Shown here one piece after another: positions 55,870 through 64,000 of a stretch of DNA of 64,000 bases. Where the stretch lies: NCBI RefSeq assembly GCF_006345805.1, contig NC_043000.1:145886001-145950000 (forward strand), given 5' to 3'. A program made the translations under genes and the position numbers. Origin of the DNA: Octopus sinensis. Its lineage: Eukaryota. The notes below the pieces were generated by a model that was not told the origin of the DNA, made no database searches, and worked only from the letters and a program-made list of their open reading frames with translations. The stretch's first letter is position 1. Each line of letters starts with the position of its first letter.

Positions 55870-57250
55870 CATTCAATAAAACCACCATAAGCATCAATAA
55901 CTACCTCTACACGGGGTCGAAATCGTTTACAAGCTCGGATTAAGTGGTCCTCGTTCATTTCAGACATGACTCGAACTATGGCGGCTTTCAAAGAATCTTT
56001 GGTGCTATTGGGGTGTTCATTGATATTTTTCCCAACGCATTTCCAGTGGATTGAGATCTTGGAAATTAGGAGGCCAAATGTTGGGCGGGTTAGTTAGTTA
56101 GTTAGTTAATTTGGCTCAAAAGCAAATAGCAAGGCCATGTAGGGGGACATGGAGTTAAGTACAGGGTGGTGTTCATGTAAAAAATTCAGGCCACTTGAGG
56201 TCAAGGGAGGCTTTGAACAAAGCGGTCGTCGGCATCTTCACCATCTCGTCTGGCAGCTTGTTCCACGGATCCGCAACCCGGACGGAGAAAGCTCCTCTCC
56301 TTCGATTGAGATGAAATCGTCGTAGGTAGAGCTTTTCGGAATGACCCCGCAGCCGACGCTCTGGGGCAGGAGTGAAGAACAGCTCTTTCAAGTGATGGGA
56401 TCATGCGAATTGTCTGCCACCATTCTTGTATTATTTGAGCCTGGTGACATAGTGGAGAATCTCATTGAAAGACATAAGTTCTTCCATTGGATACACTATT
56501 GATCCAAGGCTTAATTACGTTTTTCAGAACCTCAATATGCGCAGCAGGATTCACACTAAGTCCTTGTGAGGAAGCATCTCATGTCCTTCATTGCTAACAA
56601 CACCCAAAATTATGAGACTTGCAGGAAATTTTGTGTGCATCACACTTGGAACCACAGACGCGTCGGCACATTGCCATCTGTCACTTCGGTTAATTTTATG
56701 GTCCTAGTCAAAGTTTTTCTCATCTGAGAAAAAACAAATCACAGCATTCTCTGATGGATTTCTATGTTGGTCGAAACTTCTTTTGGATCTTATTGAACGG
56801 TTTTCTTTCCTTTTTCTGGCACGAATTGATCTCTCCTCATCACGTAAGATTTGTATCTGATGTCCTCATATACATTTCCGATTGTCTTTTCGAAATTTTT
56901 TTTGCAATTGACCTCATTGATTTTCGAAATATTTTGCAATTGACCACATTGATTTTCCTGGATTTTCTTCAATGTTTTGCTTATCATCCTGAATAAATTC
57001 AGGTATCCTGTTAGAATCAGCGTTTGGAATGTGTTTGACATTTTGATAGGGATAATACTCGTCCATCTTCTTTCTCTGGCGCACACCAAATTTTGTGTAT
57101 AAAAGATGTAGCAACTTTCAGTAAACGGGAAATTACTAAATCACCATACTCAGCCTTCAAAGCCACAATCACAGGATGAGTATGCATAGGGCCTGTCATT
57201 GTTATTTTCTGAAATAGAAGTTCAATAAAAATTAGTATTATGGAATGTTG
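55870..57250 (-). mobile_element. maT/DD37D-like (Tc1-mariner) transposase relic interrupted by a CR1 fragment
   Basis: VMHTKFPASLIILGVVSNEG, IKPWINSVSNGRTYVFQ*DS, PPNIWPPNFQDLNP and TKDSLKAAIVRVMSEM; subfamily assigned from remembered motifs. Confidence 0.75.
56090..56395 (-). mobile_element. CR1 3' end with (CTAA)n tail
   Basis: LRGHSEKL...FSVRVADPWNKLP...FKASLD. Confidence 0.88.
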
Positions 57251-57293
57251 ACTAAAAATAGATGTCATCAAATACCGTCCACACGCTATATGC

Positions 57294-57327
<34 letters not shown>

Positions 57328-57715
57328 GAAATAGCTATAACCCTTTGACTGCTATTTCTAAATTCGGTATGTGGTAAGGCAACTCGTTGCTAAACCCTTA
57401 TTGCTTAGTATTACTTAAATTTTCCTCGAATGAGGCTTTTACATGCCGAAGACTACTTGGTGTAATTGATAATTTTTCCAAATTAATTAATTTCACCCTT
57501 CATTATTACGGATAACCATATTTTATCTCAGTAGATGACCACAGCATCTTGTTTTGGCTACACGCGGGTGGGAAGGGGCTGTTAACACAATCGTTTCATT
57601 CACAAATTGAATTCGGTGATACCAGTTGCGGGTTCTAGCTCGCTCTGATACTGAGTGGAGTTGGTGCCTTCTGGTATCTCAAAATTCAATATATAATCAT
57701 TTATGATTATAGTAT

Positions 57716-57829
57716 TCTACGCTGAAGAGAAAAGAAGTTTCGGTAAGATAGAATTATTTATTATTTAATATTTAATATTTAATTCGTATGCTTTCCTTAA
57801 AACTTGATTTCGAAACGTACGTCCGTGGA
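57716..57829 (+). ncRNA. Type I hammerhead ribozyme, unit 1
   Basis: Stem I TCTACG/CGTGGA, CTGAAGA 57722-57728, stem II GAAA/TTTC plus AAGTTT/AAACTT, GAAA 57812-57815, ACGTACGT, GUC site after 57823. Confidence 0.85.
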
Positions 57830-58316
57830 TAACTAAAAAAATGTATGATAGATTGCAGTCATTCATTCTCTCTTACCTGTTGTGCCTTCCAAATGCTGTT
57901 TTTACTGAGATCTCCCTTTTTAGTAGAGAGAAATAGCTATAACCCTTTGACTGCTATTTCTAAATTCGGTATGTGGTAAGGCAACTCGTTGCTAAACCCT
58001 TATTGCTTAGTATTACTTAAATTTTCCTCGAATGAGGCTTTTACATGCGAAGACTACTTGGTGTAATTGATAATTTTTCCAAATTAATTAATTTCACCCT
58101 TCATTATTACGGATAACCATATTTTATCTCAGTAGATGACCACAGCATCTTGTTTTGGCTACACGCGGGTGGGAAGGGGCTGTTAACACAATCGTTTCAT
58201 TCACAAATTGAATTCGGTGATACCAGTTGCGGGTTCTAGCTCGCTCTGATACTGAGTGGAGTTGGTGCCTTCTGGTATCTCAAAATTCAATATATAATCA
58301 TTTATGATTATAGTAT

Positions 58317-58428
58317 TCTACGCTGAAGAGAAAAGAAGTTTCGGTAAGATAGAATTATTTATTTTAATATTTAATATTTAATTCGTATGCTTTCCTTAAA
58401 ACTTGATTTCGAAACGTACGTCCGTGGA
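58317..58428 (+). ncRNA. Type I hammerhead ribozyme, unit 2
   Basis: CTGAAGA 58323, GUC site after 58422. Confidence 0.85.
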
Positions 58429-58914
58429 TAACTAAAAAAATGTATGATAGATTGCAGTCAATTCATTCTCTCTTACCTGTTTGTGCCTTCCAAATGCTGT
58501 TTTTACTGAGATCTCCCTTTTTAGTAGAAGAATAGCTATAACCCTTTGACTGCTATTTCTAAATTCGGTATGTGGTAAGGCAACTCGTTGCTAAACCCTT
58601 ATTGCTTAGTTACTTAAATTTTCCTCGAATGAGGCTTTTACATGCCGAAGACTACTTGGTGTAATTGATAATTTTTCCAAATTAATTAATTTCACCCTTC
58701 ATTATTACGGATAACCATATTTTATCTCAGTAGATGACCACAGCATCTTGTTTTGGCTACACGCGGGTGGGAAGGGGCTGTTAACACAATCGTTTCATTC
58801 ACAAATTGAATTCGGTGATACCAGTTGCGGGTTCTAGCTCGCTCTGATACTGAGTGGAGTTGGTGCCTTCTGGTATCTCAAAATTCAATATATAATCATT
58901 TATGATTATAGTAT

Positions 58915-59028
58915 TCTACGCTGAAGAGAAAAGAAGTTTCGGTAAGATAGAATTATTTATTATTTAATATTTAATATTTAATTCGTATGCTTTCCTTAAA
59001 ACTTGATTTCGAAACGTACGTCCGTGGA
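58915..59028 (+). ncRNA. Type I hammerhead ribozyme, unit 3
   Basis: CTGAAGA 58921, GUC site after 59022. Confidence 0.85.
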
Positions 59029-59516
59029 TAACTAAAAAAATGTATGATAGATTGCAGTCAATTCATTCTCTCTTACCTGTTTGTGCCTTCCAAATGCTGT
59101 TTTTACTGAGATCTCCCTTTTTAGTAGAAGAAATAGCTATAACCCTTTGACTGCTATTTCTAAATTCGGTATGTGGTAAGGCAACTCGTTGCTAAACCCT
59201 ATTGCTTAGTATTACTTAAATTTTCCTCGAATGAGGCTTTTACATGCCGAAGACTACTTGGTGTAATTGATAATTTTTCCAAATTAATTAATTTCACCCT
59301 TCATTATTACGGATAACCATATTTTATCTCAGTAGATGACCACAGCATCTTGTTTTGGCTACACGCGGGTGGGAAGGGGCTGTTAACACAATCGTTTCAT
59401 TCAAAATTGAATTCGGTGATACCAGTTGCGGGTTCTAGCTCGCTCTGATACTGAGTGGAGTTGGTGCCTTCTGGTATCTCAAAATTCAATATATAATCAT
59501 TTATGATATATAGTAT

Positions 59517-59628
59517 TCTACGCTGAAGAGAAAAGAGTTTCGGTAAGATAGAATTATTTATTATTAATATTTAATATTTAATTCGTATGCTTTCCTTAAA
59601 ACTTGATTTCGAAACGTACGTCCGTGGA
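59517..59628 (+). ncRNA. Type I hammerhead ribozyme, unit 4
   Basis: CTGAAGA 59523, GUC site after 59622. Confidence 0.85.
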
Positions 59629-60114
59629 TAACTAAAAAAATGTATGATAGATTGCAGTCAATTCATTCTCTCTTACCTGTTTGTGCCTTCCAAATGCTGT
59701 TTTTACTGAGATCTCCCTTTTTAGTAGAAGAAATAGCTATAACCCTTTGACTGCTATTTCTAAATTCGGTATGTGGTAAGGCAACTCGTTGCTAAACCCT
59801 TATTGCTTAGTATTACTTAAATTTTCTCGAATGAGGCTTTTACATGCCGAAGACTACTTGGTGTAATTGATAATTTTTCCAAATTAATTAATTTCACCCT
59901 TCATTATTACGGAACCATATTTTATCTCAGTAGATGACCACAGCATCTTGTTTTGGCTACACGCGGGTGGGAAAGGGCTGTTAACACAATCGTTTCATTC
60001 ACAAATTGAATTCGGTGATACCAGTTGCGGGTTCTAGCTCGCTCTGATACTGAGTGGAGTTGGTGCCTTCTGGTATCTCAAAATTCAATATATAATCATT
60101 TATGATTATAGTAT

Positions 60115-60228
60115 TCTACGCTGAAGAGAAAAGAAGTTTCGGTAAGATAGAATTATTTATTATTTAATATTTAATATTTAATTCGTATGCTTTCCTTAAA
60201 ACTTGATTTCGAAACGTACGTCCGTGGA
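60115..60228 (+). ncRNA. Type I hammerhead ribozyme, unit 5
   Basis: CTGAAGA 60121, GUC site after 60222. Confidence 0.85.
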
Positions 60229-60416
60229 TAACTAAAAAAAAAAAAAATGTATGATAGATTGCAGTCAATTCATTCTCTCTTACCTGTTTGTGCCTTCCAA
60301 ATGCTGTTTTTACTGAGATCTCCCTTTTTAGTAGAAGAAATAGCTATAACCCTTTGACTGCTATTTCTAAATTCGGTATGTGGTAAGGCAACTCGTTGCT
60401 AAACCCTTATTGCTTA

Positions 60417-60518
<102 letters not shown>

Positions 60519-60529
60519 ATTATAATAAT

Positions 60530-60710
60530 AAGGTTTTTTTGCAACTAGCTGCTTAAACCACATTCGGTATGTGGTTTAAGCAACTTGTTGCAAAAAACCC
60601 TTATTATTATACTTATATAAATTTTTACCGAATATGGTCCTTTTCCATACCGAAATACTACTAGGTGAAATTTATTGGTTTTATTAATTAATTATATTTC
60701 ACCCTTATCT
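60530..60710 (+). mobile_element. Diverged fragment of the 600-bp unit family with a foldback 5' end
   Basis: ATTCGGTATGTGG...AATTTCACCCTT is colinear with the unit start; the preceding ~30 bp is its own reverse complement. Confidence 0.75.
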
Positions 60711-60814
60711 GTATATATATATATATGCACGAGCACTCGCACACCACCACAGAAGCTCACACACATTCACGCTCACATATATATGTACTATATATATATA
60801 TATATTATATATAT

Positions 60815-60911
<97 letters not shown>

Positions 60912-62684
60912 AAGAGAGAGAGAGATGCACACACACGCACACATATACATGTATAATAACACACACACACACAACCTAAGCCTTTAAGCGTGATGTAGTT
61001 AGGCATCGCTGATTTTGTGACGATTTCTCTGTTACGTGTAGCAAAAACGTAGCAAAAACGTTGCAAAAACGTTGTCTCACTCTTCTAGAAAATGAAACGT
61101 GGAGAATATATGAAAGGAACAAGAGAAAATACAGTTTCCACTTTCATGATGCATTTTGAAATATTTCTGACTCAGAAATACAACTCTTCGCCCTGCTTTC
61201 TGAGTTAACTTAATAGAATATATGAACAGAGTCACATGTATTTACGACACACAGATAAAGATTAATGAAATATACACACAGCTCCGTAGTAAAGTGGCAT
61301 GTATACCAATTACACAAACGCAAGTTTATCCATAACGAAGCCGATTAATACGCAGACACTAATTGACAAACCCACAAGATCTGTGTTGATTATACGTAAA
61401 ATGCTGAATTAGCTTGTATTTTGTGAATGCCTAAAGAAACACATTCATGCGTGCATGCACATACATATGCACACATAAAAGCAGAAAGACAGACAAATAC
61501 AGTCATACATACAAACAAACGTATATTCATGTCTGCATACACAAATGTATTTCCCCATAATTGAGGCTTAAAGTTTTCGTAGCAGATCTTTTTATCAACA
61601 CAACAATAGCAATATATCCACTCCCGAGGACTACACAGCTTTTTGTAGTGTGATAATATCGTTTTATCTATAGTTAGACTTTATTTCGCAAAAACTTATC
61701 TTTTGGAGATATATATGTGGAATATTAAAAAAAATACCTGAAACTTTTATTCTATATACTCATTTATTTCAAAGTTTCCGGAAGCACATAGTAATTTGCA
61801 ATGAAGCAATATTCTTGATGACATCAGTAAATCACTGTTACAATTAGGTTTCATTTATGCAGTTTGGGAATCCAAATTTTGAAACTTTTCATTGGTACTG
61901 GTTTTTCAAATAAATTCAACACTTAATCTTTTCTAATCAATTACTTATATGGTGAATAAGGCATTAACTTAGGACTTTAAATTCATGGAAATATCCTGTG
62001 ACGCTGTTCTTCGAAAGCACATAAACAGAGACTACCAATATGAAAGCATATGAAGTTCTTTAGACAATGTTTACGTGCCCCAGCATGGCCTCAGCCGGAT
62101 GGCTGAAACAAGTAAAAGAGAGAGAGAGAGTAAAGAGAATTTGTTTAAGCACATACAAATTCAAAGACATTTCCGCCTTGAAGAATTCTCAAATTGTCAG
62201 ATATATTAGTATATAAATAATCATACTATCCAACGTACAATCATACAATCATACTATTCCTTCGGTAAATTAACAGATCATGATTATAAAACTTTTTCAG
62301 CCATTACAATGTGAATTTCATACGGAGAACCCGCAGGATTAATTTACGAATAACTTTGCCATAGAAGATTTTTGAGTTAATATTGTTTATTGGATCTAAC
62401 AATTAAGGTTTTTACTCTAACCATCAATTTTTATTGAAAATTTTGAATTCAATAAGTTTTTTTTAAGATTGAGAATATGTAAGAACAGAAATATTTCGAC
62501 CTCTATCTAAGAGGAAAACAATGTATTCTGCTAAGAGTTAAGTTGGGAAAAATATACCAAAGAAGGTGTTAGTGTTGAAACACATTAAACGATCAGCGGC
62601 CATTATATTTCAAATGTATTTATGTGAAAAATATAAATCAGACACACATATATACATAAATGTTATAGTTGCTGATATATATAT

Positions 62685-62737
<53 letters not shown>

Positions 62738-63192
62738 ATATATATACATATATAAATACAATATCAGGAACTATAACATAATAACACTCTATATATCGTC
62801 TATAATATGAAGACATCAGACAACATTCTTGCAAATTCTAGTGATAGTTACATTATCTCTTGAAGAACAAAGGAGTTAAAGTTTTCAAAACACAATGTAA
62901 ATTCCTGAGAGACTTGCTTTATATTGCTTTACCTATTCTTCATATTGTCTAATGCATTTGAATATTGCAATTCCTCAAATAGATATTATATCTCATGGGA
63001 ATAGAGTGTTTCCGAACACTAACAGTTACAAAAGGTCATATTTTAAGCTTCAATTGGCAAGTCTTAATCATAGTTTATTATGTGAGATGAATCTGTTTCG
63101 GCAATGTAATATACATATATGAATACAGTGTTATGTGCTTACCTATGTCATATTCTATGTTTGTGTGTGTATGCAATTTCAAGGGATATATT

Positions 63193-63234
<42 letters not shown>

Positions 63235-63378
63235 TATATGTGTGTGTGTGTGTTGTTGTGTGTGTGCGTCAGTGCATGCGTTTGGGCGTGTGTGTATGTG
63301 TGTATTTATATGCATATACAAAGGTGTATGTATGAATACACACAAACTTATAAACATCTATACATGCATATATACATG

Positions 63379-63409
<31 letters not shown>

Positions 63410-63630
63410 ATACATATGTACATAGACATATATATGTATCGGAGGAATGTATCACACTGTGTTTGAATGTGCGTCTGATTTCACTTGTGCTATATTGTGA
63501 TATTGTGTGACACCCACATAGATATCATAAAATGCATACACAAGCATTGTGCACAAGAGTACCCTCACACATGTACCTATGCACATGTAAATACGTATAC
63601 ACACACACATACTTATATACACACACACAC

Positions 63631-63672
<42 letters not shown>

Positions 63673-64000
63673 CATTCATAATATGAAGATAAAGAAATAT
63701 GTATTCGTGTTATATATATTATATATATATATATATATATATTTATATTATGTGTGTATATCTGTGAATGAATGTGTATGCGTATGCCAGGATAAGTATA
63801 AATTTTAATGTGTTTGAATGTATATGTATATATGTATGTATGTATGTATATATGTATGCATGTGTGTACGTATGCATGCATACATATATATATACGCATG
63901 CATGTAAGAATCTATATGAAGATATAAATTATAGTTACGTATTTGTGTGTGTATATGTCTTGCACCAGCAAGTAGTAGAATTTATTAGTAGAACATTTAT

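Overview
AT-rich eukaryotic DNA saturated with microsatellites and interspersed repeats. The SINE families look like those of octopus or other coleoid cephalopods (recognition from memory, not checked). I can support no host protein-coding gene; most track ORFs are microsatellite or SINE translations. Recognisable protein similarity is all transposon-derived: RTE, R4/Dong, CR1 (x3) and Tx1/L1 (tandem pair) non-LTR fragments, several Penelope-like (PLE) GIY-YIG relics, four mariner elements, a maT/Tc1-like element, a Helitron helicase fragment and a non-autonomous Helitron. The main signal is non-coding: a set of (TA)n-embedded repeats that each carry a type I hammerhead ribozyme (HHR) fold. 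They include a near-perfect array of five ~600-bp units (57.3-60.4 kb), a 467-nt unit with an inverted arm (48-49 kb), a 398-nt unit on the minus strand (50 kb) and a permuted ~563-nt unit (51 kb). Diverged relatives show compensatory base changes outside the ribozyme. These look like large retrozyme-like elements that could yield self-cleaving and possibly circular RNAs and may be mobilised by PLEs. All folds were paired by eye; activity is inferred, not shown.
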